Assembly: GCA_934091015.1 (NCBI GenBank) | Contig: CAKOKM010000001.1 | Coordinates: 1-59,587, forward strand | Direction of reading: 5' to 3' | DNA: 59,587 nucleotides | Origin: an uncultured Bacilli bacterium | GTDB taxonomy: Bacteria > Bacillota_I > Bacilli_A > RF39 > UBA660 | Shown: positions 25,415 to 34,592 of the stretch, in pieces | Layout: the number at the start of each line of letters is the position of its first letter | How positions within the stretch are numbered: the stretch's first letter is position 1 | Translations under genes and position numbers: made by a program | The notes under the pieces: model-generated | The model's input: the letters and a program-made list of their open reading frames with translations, nothing else | Told to the model about the DNA's origin: nothing | Database searches by the model: none

Positions 25415-28009
25415 ATGGAAAGCAACATTACTCAAATAGATTTTAAAGATATTAAATCATATAAAACTAAAAAATTGATTAATACTTTGAAAAAATTAAC
25501 AGATGAACAAATAAATATAATAGTAGATTCAAGTGTGATTGATTTTATTTCAAATTTAGATATTAACACCATTAATTCTATTTTTAGAAATTCAAGTTCT
25601 GTTATGCAAAATAAATTGTGGACTAATGATAAAATTCAAAGAATATTAATTTTAGGAACTTTAAATTTAGATAACTTTGTTTGTACTGAACAGACTATAA
25701 GAAATCTTGAAAACTTAAATAAAGTTATAAAATCACAAGCTATAAAAAAACAAATGTATAGTAATAAATATTTTATATCTATTGTTATGAATAGTAATAA
25801 AATTGAAAATAGATTTTTTAATTCATATGATTTAAGAAAAGTTTTTGATGGAATTGTACAAAGTGAAGAATTTAATTCATTACCTACTGATAGACAGTTA
25901 AGAGTAATAGAAAAATTAAATGGTTATACTAGAGAGGCACTTCTTCCTACTGATTTTAGGGAAAGATATAGCAATATAGAAAGAATTCTATTTGGTTCTG
26001 ACAGAGATAGAATTGACAGTAGTATAATGGAACAATTAAATTCAGAAGAATTATTTTTCTTAGATTATATTAATGATACTATGGATAATAATAATGCTAT
26101 AAGAAAATATATGTTAGAAAATGTAGGAAAGAATGGTAAATCGTTTGAAGAGTTCTTTGCTGAAATAAAAACTAGAGATGAATTAATAAGAGAAAAAATA
26201 CGAAATCACTTTAGACATCAACATTTTTATAGACGAGTTAGTTTAGAGGAAAAAATATATCATATTTTATTAAACGAAAATCAGGAAGAACTAATTAAAG
26301 AGAAACTTTTAAAATATTTAATTTGCTATATATTAAAAAATAGTTCTGTTAATCCTGAGATGATGTATAACACATTAAAAAGAAATTTAAATAATGGTTT
26401 AATAAGTTATAGGGATATAAATTGTTTGACTAATAATTATGATGAAGTAACGAAGGATTTAAAATTAATGTTTTATTTGAAGTTCAATATTGCTCTTCTA
26501 AATGCTAGATATCTTCATGGTATAACTTCAGAACAATTATCTAAAGTAAATGTTAAACATATTAATAAATTATCTAAATTTTTAGAAGATAAGACTCAAG
26601 ATGAATTATCTGCAATATATGGATTATGTATTAAAATGTATTTCATATTTGGATATGAGAGAAGTATAGAAATATTAAGTGGTAAATTTGGACAATATAA
26701 CAGAATGTTTTTGGATAATGTTGCTAAAACAGATGTAACAAGAGTTGAAATGAAAGCAGAAGGAAATAAATTTTTACCTGTTATTGATAAAAGATTCATT
26801 AACTTTATGTTTGAAATACCAAAGAACAATCATTTTATAAATATGTTTAATAATAAAGATTCTGAATTATATAAAATGTGGTATTACTTATATAACAACT
26901 ATGATGAAGTATTAGAAAAATGTCATAATGAAATTACATTAAAGAAAGTAAATGCAATATTAGAAACAGAAAAATATGATGTAGATAGAAAAATAATAAC
27001 TCCTGATAACTACTTATTAAATAATAATAGCTTTTTAGAAAATATTATTTTAGGAAATAAAACACACAATAGTAATAACGAAGTATTAAGAAAGATTGTT
27101 GAAATATATTCACAAATGAAAAAAAGAGTTGAATCTAGTATTCCATATGTAAAAGGAGTTTCAACAAGCGGTTATACTTATGAAGTTATGAAATTAGATG
27201 ACCCACAAATATTTGAGTTAGGATATAAAGCTAATTGTTGTATTAGAACATTTGATATAGCACATAAACATTTGCTACACGCAGCACTTTGTAGAAATGG
27301 TAGAATATTAATAATATATGATAAATTAGGTGATATTGCTGCTTTTTGCCCATTGAAAAGAAATGGAAATGTATTAATAGCGAACAGCATTGAGTGTGTA
27401 GATAAAAAGATAGAAGTTAATGGGCATTTAATATCTACTGCATTTAAAGAAGGAATGGAAAAGATAGTAGAAGTTACTAAACAAAGTAACGAACCAATTA
27501 ATTTAGCTTGTATGGGCAGTGCTTCATACTTAAAACCAAATACAACTTCTTTTCCAAAAGATTATCCAACACCAACTATATTTGAAAAAGATGATGAAGT
27601 ATATGGAAATACAGATGTTTATCATAAAACTTTAGATGTTGTATATAAAGATAATAATTTTGATTTTAAAAATATTAAATCGAAAGATCCAGATGTTTCA
27701 TATATGGACCCTAGAGATGAAATAAAATTTGTTGATTTCTTTACAGATAGATATAACAACAATAATGAAAATGTAATTAACATAATAAATTCTATAAATT
27801 ATTCAATTAATCCTACAAACTATATGCCAATAAGCAAATATTCTATAAGAAGTGTTTATTATTCTAAAGATTGGTATATAGTTGAAACATATCAAGGATT
27901 AATTGGTGAATGTTTAGAAAATGATTATAGAGCAAGAGAAGAATTTAATAGTTATATGACAATGTTAAATAAAGAAGAACAACCAAAAGTATTAAAAAGA
28001 GAATTATAG
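25415..28009 (+). CDS. Large hypothetical protein (864 aa) with a PcfJ-like C-terminal motif
   Basis: GAGGGGG RBS before ATG 25415; extended -10 TGCTATAAT at 25381-25389. GYKANCCIRTFDIAHKHLL...NGRILIIYD...IANSIE resembles the NICIRSYNERY...LFFMRS block of ORF 5393. Confidence 0.55.
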   Translation: MESNITQIDFKDIKSYKTKKLINTLKKLTDEQINIIVDSSVIDFISNLDINTINSIFRNSSSVMQNKLWTNDKIQRILILGTLNLDNFVCTEQTIRNLENLNKVIKSQAIKKQMYSNKYFISIVMNSNKIENRFFNSYDLRKVFDGIVQSEEFNSLPTDRQLRVIEKLNGYTREALLPTDFRERYSNIERILFGSDRDRIDSSIMEQLNSEELFFLDYINDTMDNNNAIRKYMLENVGKNGKSFEEFFAEIKTRDELIREKIRNHFRHQHFYRRVSLEEKIYHILLNENQEELIKEKLLKYLICYILKNSSVNPEMMYNTLKRNLNNGLISYRDINCLTNNYDEVTKDLKLMFYLKFNIALLNARYLHGITSEQLSKVNVKHINKLSKFLEDKTQDELSAIYGLCIKMYFIFGYERSIEILSGKFGQYNRMFLDNVAKTDVTRVEMKAEGNKFLPVIDKRFINFMFEIPKNNHFINMFNNKDSELYKMWYYLYNNYDEVLEKCHNEITLKKVNAILETEKYDVDRKIITPDNYLLNNNSFLENIILGNKTHNSNNEVLRKIVEIYSQMKKRVESSIPYVKGVSTSGYTYEVMKLDDPQIFELGYKANCCIRTFDIAHKHLLHAALCRNGRILIIYDKLGDIAAFCPLKRNGNVLIANSIECVDKKIEVNGHLISTAFKEGMEKIVEVTKQSNEPINLACMGSASYLKPNTTSFPKDYPTPTIFEKDDEVYGNTDVYHKTLDVVYKDNNFDFKNIKSKDPDVSYMDPRDEIKFVDFFTDRYNNNNENVINIINSINYSINPTNYMPISKYSIRSVYYSKDWYIVETYQGLIGECLENDYRAREEFNSYMTMLNKEEQPKVLKREL

Positions 28010-28372
28010 AAAAAGACCAGTGCTATAAACTAGTACCGGTCTTATCTTTTTTTCAGCAAGTAAATAATGTTCTCTAATATCTATAACTAGTTGTTGAAGA
28101 TTATTCACAGTCTTTCTTAAAAAATCAACATCTTCAACATAACCCCAATAATGCATTTTAGTAGCCATCTGATTTAAAATATTTCCTGTTCTTCTAACAT
28201 AATTATGCGATTCATAAAACTCAATAGGTGGCTTTTCTTTTGGCTCAAAACCCATTATTAATTCTCTTATTACCACAACATAAGGTAGTCCAACTTTTGA
28301 AGATAATTCTATTAATCTATCTCTTTCTTCGTAACTTAAATATACATTTAATTTCCAATTTCTTTTTCTCAA
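28004..28372 (-). CDS. mobC: MobC-family relaxosome accessory protein
   Basis: 122 aa. N-terminal RHH-like LNVYLSYEERDRLIELS and the hallmark GNILNQMA (GNNLNQIA in MobC). No relaxase gene nearby. Confidence 0.7.
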   Translation of the reverse strand: MRKRNWKLNVYLSYEERDRLIELSSKVGLPYVVVIRELIMGFEPKEKPPIEFYESHNYVRRTGNILNQMATKMHYWGYVEDVDFLRKTVNNLQQLVIDIREHYLLAEKKIRPVLVYSTGLFL

Positions 28373-28523
28373 TAGTTAGCCTTTCATATACGATTGAACT
28401 CTAGAATCTCAATATTTCTCATCACGCTTGTTATATAAGATTAAAAATTAATCCTCACATTCTAAAACTACGATAATAAAAAGAAAAGAGCTAGGCCGTC
28501 ATAGAAATGGATACAAAGACCCT

Positions 28524-28532
28524 TGGTATAAT
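28524..28532 (+). promoter_or_regulatory. Extended -10 promoter element TGGTATAAT (P1)
   Basis: TG-n-TATAAT at 28524-28532. The same 9-mer recurs at 28656-28664. Confidence 0.4.
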
Positions 28533-28552
28533 TTGCCTAAACTCGATCGCAG

Positions 28553-28590
28553 ATATTTATATTCATTTTTATAAAAATGAATATAAATAT
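28553..28590. repeat. 38-bp perfect palindrome
   Basis: ATATTTATATTCATTTTTA|TAAAAATGAATATAAATAT, 19-bp arms with no spacer. Lies between mobC and the MazG-like gene, downstream of P1. Confidence 0.85.
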
Positions 28591-28655
28591 TATAATGTAA
28601 ATATCAAAAGTTTCAACTTATCAAAACTAGTCAATTTACTACTCAGTATTATACG

Positions 28656-28664
28656 TGGTATAAT
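28656..28664 (+). promoter_or_regulatory. Extended -10 promoter element TGGTATAAT (P2)
   Basis: Lies 18 nt before ATG 28682, with an AGGTGA RBS in between. Confidence 0.45.
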
Positions 28665-28681
28665 TGAAATAGGTGATTATA

Positions 28682-28996
28682 ATGCGTGAATTAACAGAAA
28701 AAGTAGTTGAATTTACTCGTGAAAGAGATTGGGATCAGTTTCATTCTCCAGAGAATTTAGCTAAGAGTATTTCTATTGAAGCAGGTGAGTTATTAGAATG
28801 CTTTCAATGGAATAATGAATATGATTTGGACGAAGTTAAAGAAGAATTAGCAGATGTTATTAATTATTGTTTATTAATGGCTGATAAATTAGGAGTAGAT
28901 CCTAAACAAATAGTTTTAGATAAAATGGAAAAAACTGCTAAGAAATATCCAATTGAAAAAGCTAAAGGAAAGAGCACAAAATATAATAAATTATAG
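28682..28996 (+). CDS. MazG-like all-alpha nucleotide pyrophosphohydrolase
   Basis: 104 aa. FTRERDWDQFHSP, EAGELLE and EELADV (paired ExxE/ExxD metal-binding motifs) and KKYP, typical of the small MazG/DCTPP1-like family. Confidence 0.8.
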   Translation: MRELTEKVVEFTRERDWDQFHSPENLAKSISIEAGELLECFQWNNEYDLDEVKEELADVINYCLLMADKLGVDPKQIVLDKMEKTAKKYPIEKAKGKSTKYNKL

Positions 28997-29007
28997 GAAG
29001 TGATAAT

Positions 29008-30720
29008 ATGGCAGAAATTATTACAAAGAAATTTAATGCAGGCACATCAAGCATTTTAAAAAATGAAAAATATGGAAGCAATTGGCCAGTTGTTTATATT
29101 ATTAATAATAAAGAAGAGGCTTATGTTGGTGAAACAACTGATGCTAGTATTAGGTCAAATCAACATTGGGCGAATGAAGTCAGAAGGAATTTAGATAAAA
29201 TAAACATAATAGGTGATGATACTTTTAATAAATCTTCAATATTAGATCTTGAATCCTTTTTAATAAAATATATGTCTGCAGATAATAAATTTAAATTGCA
29301 AAATGGTAACGGTGGCTTACAAAATCATAATTATTATCAAAGAGAAATGTATGAAACTAAATTTAGAGAAATTTGGCTACAATTAAAATCAAAAGGATTA
29401 GTAAAAAATGATTTAAAAATGATTGCTAATTCTGATTTATTTAAATATTCGCCATACAAAGCATTAACGGTTGATCAATATGTGATTGTAAATGATATTT
29501 TAAGTGATTTATCAGATTTGGTTTATAAAAAAGAAAAAGGAACTTTTGTTGTTGAAGGTGGAGCTGGAACAGGAAAAACTATTTTGGGAATATACCTTCT
29601 TAAATTATTAGTTCAAGCAAAAGATTCATCTCAAATTGAAATTGAAGAGGATCAAGTTGAACAAAATCTATCTGAAATATTAAAAATAAATGATGCAGTA
29701 GATGATTTAAAAATAGGCATGGTTATTCCTATGGAAAATTTAAGAAGTACCCTTAAAAAGGTATTTAGAAGTATTAAGGATTTGAATTCTAATATGGTGT
29801 TAAGTCCGCATGACGTTGGGAAAAATGATGAAATATATGATTTGTTAATAGTTGATGAAGCACATAGACTTAGAAGAAGAAAAAATCTTACACAGTATGG
29901 TACATTTGATGAAAATAATAGAAAAATGAATTTAGGTAATTCGGGTACAGAACTTGATTGGATTTTATTAAAAAGCAAGTATCAAATTTTTTTCTATGAT
30001 GAAAATCAATCAATTAAACCAACTGATATAAGAAAAGAAGACTTCGATAAATTAATGCTAAGAAAAAATTATCATGCTTATCAATTAAATACTCAATTGA
30101 GATGCTTATTAGGTGGTAATGAATATATTGATTATATAAAGGCAATATTTAGTAATAATCCTCCTAAAAAGAAAATTGACTTTAAACAATACGATTTAAA
30201 AATATTTGATGATGTTGGCAGTATGGTTGAAGATATCAAAGAAAAAGATTCTGAATATGGACTATGTAGAAATATTGCAGGATATGCTTGGAAGTGGAAT
30301 AGTAAAGGCAAACATTTGCCATTAGACTCAACTATATCTAAAAATAATAATGGTTTATATGATATAGAAATAGATAACAATAAATATATATGGAATTCAC
30401 AAGCTTATGATTGGATTAATTCTAAAAATGCTGTAAATGAAATAGGTAGTATTCATACAACTCAAGGCTTTGACTTAAATTACACTGGATTAATTATTGG
30501 CAATGAATTAAGGTATGATTTAGATAAGAATCAGTTCATTGTAGATAGAAATAATTATTATGATGCTAAAGGAAAAGCGGATACAACTGATGAAGAATTA
30601 TTAAATTATTTATTAAATATCTATAGAACTATGATGACTAGGGGAATGCTTGGAACATATATTTATGTATGTGATCCGAGTTTACGACAATATCTAAAAA
30701 AATATATTTCTACAAAATAA
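29008..30720 (+). CDS. GIY-YIG-like nuclease domain fused to a DUF2075/SF1-helicase-like P-loop ATPase
   Basis: 570 aa. N-terminus VVYIINNKEEAYVGET..R..(E)..N fits a GIY-x8-YVG layout. Walker A GGAGTGKT, Walker B LLIVDEAHRL, and C-terminal SIHTTQGFDLNYTGLII and YRTMMTRGMLGTYIY. Lies 11 nt after the MazG-like gene. Confidence 0.7.
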   Translation: MAEIITKKFNAGTSSILKNEKYGSNWPVVYIINNKEEAYVGETTDASIRSNQHWANEVRRNLDKINIIGDDTFNKSSILDLESFLIKYMSADNKFKLQNGNGGLQNHNYYQREMYETKFREIWLQLKSKGLVKNDLKMIANSDLFKYSPYKALTVDQYVIVNDILSDLSDLVYKKEKGTFVVEGGAGTGKTILGIYLLKLLVQAKDSSQIEIEEDQVEQNLSEILKINDAVDDLKIGMVIPMENLRSTLKKVFRSIKDLNSNMVLSPHDVGKNDEIYDLLIVDEAHRLRRRKNLTQYGTFDENNRKMNLGNSGTELDWILLKSKYQIFFYDENQSIKPTDIRKEDFDKLMLRKNYHAYQLNTQLRCLLGGNEYIDYIKAIFSNNPPKKKIDFKQYDLKIFDDVGSMVEDIKEKDSEYGLCRNIAGYAWKWNSKGKHLPLDSTISKNNNGLYDIEIDNNKYIWNSQAYDWINSKNAVNEIGSIHTTQGFDLNYTGLIIGNELRYDLDKNQFIVDRNNYYDAKGKADTTDEELLNYLLNIYRTMMTRGMLGTYIYVCDPSLRQYLKKYISTK

Positions 30721-30759
30721 AAAAACATATATAGCTATGTGATCTATATATGTTTTTTT
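30721..30759 (+). terminator. Intrinsic terminator
   Basis: AAAAACATATATAG-loop-CTATATATGTTTTT. Closely related in sequence to the terminator at 37392-37427. Confidence 0.75.
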
Positions 30760-30801
30760 ATGCTATAATACATATAATTATTTATTCTTGGAGGGATTTA
30801 T

Positions 30802-33522
30802 ATGGATGAAAGTATTAAATTTATTAATCGGAAAATCAATGATTTGAATATTAAGATAGAAAAAAATATAGATGATTCTATTGATAATAGGGGCTACATG
30901 TCTCAAAATATAATAAAGAGTTTAAGAGATTTGGTAGAATTTATAGCTTTTAAAGTATATGTTGTTGAATACAAGAAGGATTATGTAGAATATAATCATG
31001 TGAATAACGGACTTGCTATTAAGTATATTAAATCTTTATATAAGCATGAAATATTAAAGAACTTTCATGCCTTATTAGAAATTGGACCTTCACATAATAG
31101 TTATAGTGAGGATGGTTCAATTAGATTAATGGTTAAATATCAAGAGTATCTTGTTGATCTAAAAAGATATTATTTTGAGTTGTTTAAAGAAAAAATATTA
31201 ACAAATTTATATAAATTTCCTATGTTTAAAATAGACCCATCTTTATATGATTACTATAAAGAAATATATAATAAGTTAATTCAAATAAAATTTGATAATA
31301 GTGAACGAGTTTTAGGTAATGCATATTATATTAAGAAAACAAAGCCAGTTGCTATAGAAGATAGAGTTTTTTATGAATTAACATTGACGCCAGCTACCGA
31401 CTATGTTAATAAATTTAATAGAATTATTTTTTATTCTCCAGTTAGAATTCCGGATAATTATGCTATTAAAATAAGCTATGTAAGTAAAAATATAAAATCA
31501 TTTAAATCAGAAGTAGAAATCAAGATAATTAATAATTATGAGATATTTATCAAACCGGCTGAAATAAATAGTTTGTACAAAATATTTGGTATTAATAGAA
31601 GAGTATCATATCGTGCAAATGAATATGATTATTTTATGAAATTATTAAAAAATAATCGTTGGACATTAAATCATATTATTAATTTGAATGATGAAGAATT
31701 TGTAATAATTAGACAGGAGTCATCAGTTTATAATACTCATCATTTGTTTGAATTGTTAGAAATGATAAGAAATGTTATTATTAACAATAAACCCGGTCAT
31801 AATGTTTTAAAGTACTTAATACATGTATTGAGAAATTCTGTAGTTATTGATCAAATATGTGATCGGCAATGTAAAATACTATCAGATTTATGTTTAGAGT
31901 ATGGGTGTAATGTTTTTGAAACTATGCCATATGCCTCTTCATTAAATGGTCATAAAATATCTATATCAGATTTATTTGAAATAATTGATCCAGTAAATAG
32001 AGAGCATGAGTTCTTTGGAAGAAAGATAAATGATTTATGCAATTCAACAAATAGAATTTATTTTTCTTTTAAGGAATTAGGTTATGATGAAGAAGATGGA
32101 AAAAAACTTATAAAAGAATTTAATAAGCGCGTTTATTACAAACATACAGATAGATATTTAGAAACAGTTGGAAATAAAGTCTATATAAGAGGATTTGAAG
32201 AAAGTACGATAAAAATCATAGATGTTTTAAAAAGTAAAACTAATGAAAAATATTCTGATTATAAAAATATGTATGATATGTTTGAGGCTTTTAGCGATTA
32301 TGAATTTACTGATAGTATTAAGAAAAATATTTCTGAAAAAATATATATTAATTCAAAAGTTGGATTAATATATGGCTCTGCAGGAACAGGTAAAACTGAA
32401 ATGATTAAAATAATATCTAAAATATTTGATGGTAAAAAAATTGCTTTTTTAGCTAAAACTAATGCTGCTCTAAACAATATTAAAATTCGAGTTGGTAAAG
32501 AGGCAATGGATAACTACAAATTTTATACTGTTGATAAATTTGTTGATAATTCTATAAGAGATAGTTATGATTTAGTTGTTGTAGATGAGTGTAGTATGGT
32601 AGAGAATGATATAATGCTTCAAATGTTAAAGAAAAATAATTATGATTGCTTACTATTAGTTGGTGATATATATCAAATTGAAGCAATTGAGTTTGGTAAC
32701 TGGTTTAGATTTGCAAAGGAATTGATTCCTGAAAATTCATATGAACTAACTGAAAATTTTCGAACTACGAATCATGGATTAAAGAATTTATGGTCTAAAG
32801 TAAGAAATCTAGATGATGGTATTACTGAGAAAACAATTGACGAAGCTTATTCAGAAATATTAAGTGAATCAATATTTGAAAATAGAGAAGATGAAGAAAT
32901 TGTTCTATGTTTGAATTATGATGGCCCATATGGGATTAATAATATAAATAGATATTTGCAGATGACAAATAAAAATAAACCAATAGAATGGGGAATAAAT
33001 ACATATAAGGTTGGAGATCCAATTATATTTAGTGATGTAAGGAGATTTTCTAATGTTTTATATAATAATCTTAAAGGAAAAATTCTAAAAATTGAAAAGA
33101 ATGAAGGTAGCATAACTTTTGAATTATTTGTAGAAAGAAGAATTTCTGATTTTGATGCCTTTGCCAATAACATTAAAGTTATTTCTAGGGGAGATGATGG
33201 ATCGGTTATAGAAATAAAGGTATTACGAAAAGATGATGATGATAAAGATGATGAAGTAGGTTATATTGTTCCTTTCACGGTATCTTATGCTACATCTATA
33301 CATAAATCACAAGGTTTAGAATTTGATTCCGTTAAAATTATTATTTCTGATGAGTCCGAAGAATTAATTACTAAAAATATATTTTACACCGCAATAACTA
33401 GGTCTAAAAATCATCTTAAAATTTACTGGAGTCCAGAATGCCAAAATAAAGTTATTAAGAACATGAAGGATTACAGTTTGAAAGATGATGTAATTATTAT
33501 AAAAAATAAAATGAAAAATTAA
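30802..33522 (+). CDS. 906-aa protein: unknown ~520-aa N-terminal region plus a RecD/Dda-like SF1 helicase
   Basis: GSAGTGKTE (Walker A), LVVVDECSMV (Walker B), and SIHKSQGLEFDSVKIII and FYTAITRSKNHL (motifs V/VI of the RecD-like AAA_30/UvrD_C_2 type). Own extended -10 TGCTATAAT at 30761-30769. Confidence 0.7.
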   Translation: MDESIKFINRKINDLNIKIEKNIDDSIDNRGYMSQNIIKSLRDLVEFIAFKVYVVEYKKDYVEYNHVNNGLAIKYIKSLYKHEILKNFHALLEIGPSHNSYSEDGSIRLMVKYQEYLVDLKRYYFELFKEKILTNLYKFPMFKIDPSLYDYYKEIYNKLIQIKFDNSERVLGNAYYIKKTKPVAIEDRVFYELTLTPATDYVNKFNRIIFYSPVRIPDNYAIKISYVSKNIKSFKSEVEIKIINNYEIFIKPAEINSLYKIFGINRRVSYRANEYDYFMKLLKNNRWTLNHIINLNDEEFVIIRQESSVYNTHHLFELLEMIRNVIINNKPGHNVLKYLIHVLRNSVVIDQICDRQCKILSDLCLEYGCNVFETMPYASSLNGHKISISDLFEIIDPVNREHEFFGRKINDLCNSTNRIYFSFKELGYDEEDGKKLIKEFNKRVYYKHTDRYLETVGNKVYIRGFEESTIKIIDVLKSKTNEKYSDYKNMYDMFEAFSDYEFTDSIKKNISEKIYINSKVGLIYGSAGTGKTEMIKIISKIFDGKKIAFLAKTNAALNNIKIRVGKEAMDNYKFYTVDKFVDNSIRDSYDLVVVDECSMVENDIMLQMLKKNNYDCLLLVGDIYQIEAIEFGNWFRFAKELIPENSYELTENFRTTNHGLKNLWSKVRNLDDGITEKTIDEAYSEILSESIFENREDEEIVLCLNYDGPYGINNINRYLQMTNKNKPIEWGINTYKVGDPIIFSDVRRFSNVLYNNLKGKILKIEKNEGSITFELFVERRISDFDAFANNIKVISRGDDGSVIEIKVLRKDDDDKDDEVGYIVPFTVSYATSIHKSQGLEFDSVKIIISDESEELITKNIFYTAITRSKNHLKIYWSPECQNKVIKNMKDYSLKDDVIIIKNKMKN

Positions 33523-33579
33523 TAAGTATATATGTATATGCTTTTTGTATTAAAATTTATTTATTAAATATTATAATAA

Positions 33580-33632
33580 TATACCGATAACAGTATAAAT
33601 ATATTGACAAATTATACCGGCAACGGTATAAT
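33580..33632 (+). promoter_or_regulatory. Promoter with two TATACCG-N4-CGGTATA palindromic operators
   Basis: TTGACA (33604-33609), 17 nt, TATAAT (33627-33632). O2 TATACCGGCAACGGTATA (33613-33630) fills the spacer and -10. O1 TATACCGATAACAGTATA (33580-33597) lies upstream. Confidence 0.65.
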
Positions 33633-33651
33633 GTAATTAGAGGTGAAAATT

Positions 33652-34578
33652 ATGGAATTTATGACTACAAAAGAAACTGTAAAAAAGTGGGGTATTAGTG
33701 AAAGAAGAATAAGACAATTATTACAAGATGGAAGAATTGAAGGTGCTGTAAAAGTAGGTAATAATTGGAATATTCCTATTAATGCTAATAAACCAGCTGA
33801 TAAAAGAAGCATGAAATTAGATAATACTGAATTTATATTTGATTTACCTGATAATTATTTTGATAAAGTTGATGAATTAAATAAAGAATTAAATTCTAAA
33901 AGACCTATATCTAACGAAACATTAAAATCTTTAAAGGAATCTTTCAATTTAGAGTGGACTTATAATAGTAACGGTATAGAAGGAAATACATTAACGTTAA
34001 GAGAAACACAAGTTGTTTTAGAAGGTATTACTGTTGGTGGTAAATCATTAAAGGAACATTTAGAAGTTATTAATCATGAACAAGCAATATTATTCTTAGA
34101 TGATCTTATTAAAGATAAGAAACCAATTACAGAATGGAACATTAAAAATATTCATCAATTAGTTTTAAAAGAAATAGATGATGATAACGCTAGTAGATAT
34201 AGAGATGAGAATGTAAAAATAAAAGGTGCTACACATATTCCACCAGATTATTTAATAGTTCCAGAATTAATGGAAAAATTAATTATTAACTATGAAGATT
34301 GGAAAAAATATCATCCAATTATTAGAGCTGCATTATTACATGGAGAATTAGTTAAAATACATCCATTTGTTGATGGTAATGGCAGAACTTCAAGATTAGT
34401 TATGAACTTATCTTTAATGAATAGCGGATATCTTCCAGTAATTGTAAAAAAAGAAAAAAGATTAGAATATTATAATGCTTTAGATAAAGCATATACTACT
34501 GGAGATTATACTGATTTTATTAAATTAGTTAATGAATTAGAAATTGAAATGTTAAATAAATATTTAGAATTGTTGTAG
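33652..34578 (+). CDS. Fic-family protein with an N-terminal HTH
   Basis: Fic motif HPFVDGNGRTSRL. Upstream SNGIEGN fits the (S/T)xxxE(G/N) auto-inhibitory helix motif. N-terminus TTKETVKKWGISERRIRQLLQDGRI is an excisionase/MerR-type HTH. AGAGGTGA RBS before ATG 33652. Confidence 0.85.
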   Translation: MEFMTTKETVKKWGISERRIRQLLQDGRIEGAVKVGNNWNIPINANKPADKRSMKLDNTEFIFDLPDNYFDKVDELNKELNSKRPISNETLKSLKESFNLEWTYNSNGIEGNTLTLRETQVVLEGITVGGKSLKEHLEVINHEQAILFLDDLIKDKKPITEWNIKNIHQLVLKEIDDDNASRYRDENVKIKGATHIPPDYLIVPELMEKLIINYEDWKKYHPIIRAALLHGELVKIHPFVDGNGRTSRLVMNLSLMNSGYLPVIVKKEKRLEYYNALDKAYTTGDYTDFIKLVNELEIEMLNKYLELL

Positions 34579-34592
34579 TGTAGGTGATTAAA

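Noticed and set aside
28507-28689. 60-aa ORF between mobC and the MazG-like gene.
   Set aside because: It spans the 38-bp perfect palindrome and two promoter elements, and there is no RBS before its ATG. It is more likely regulatory DNA than coding.
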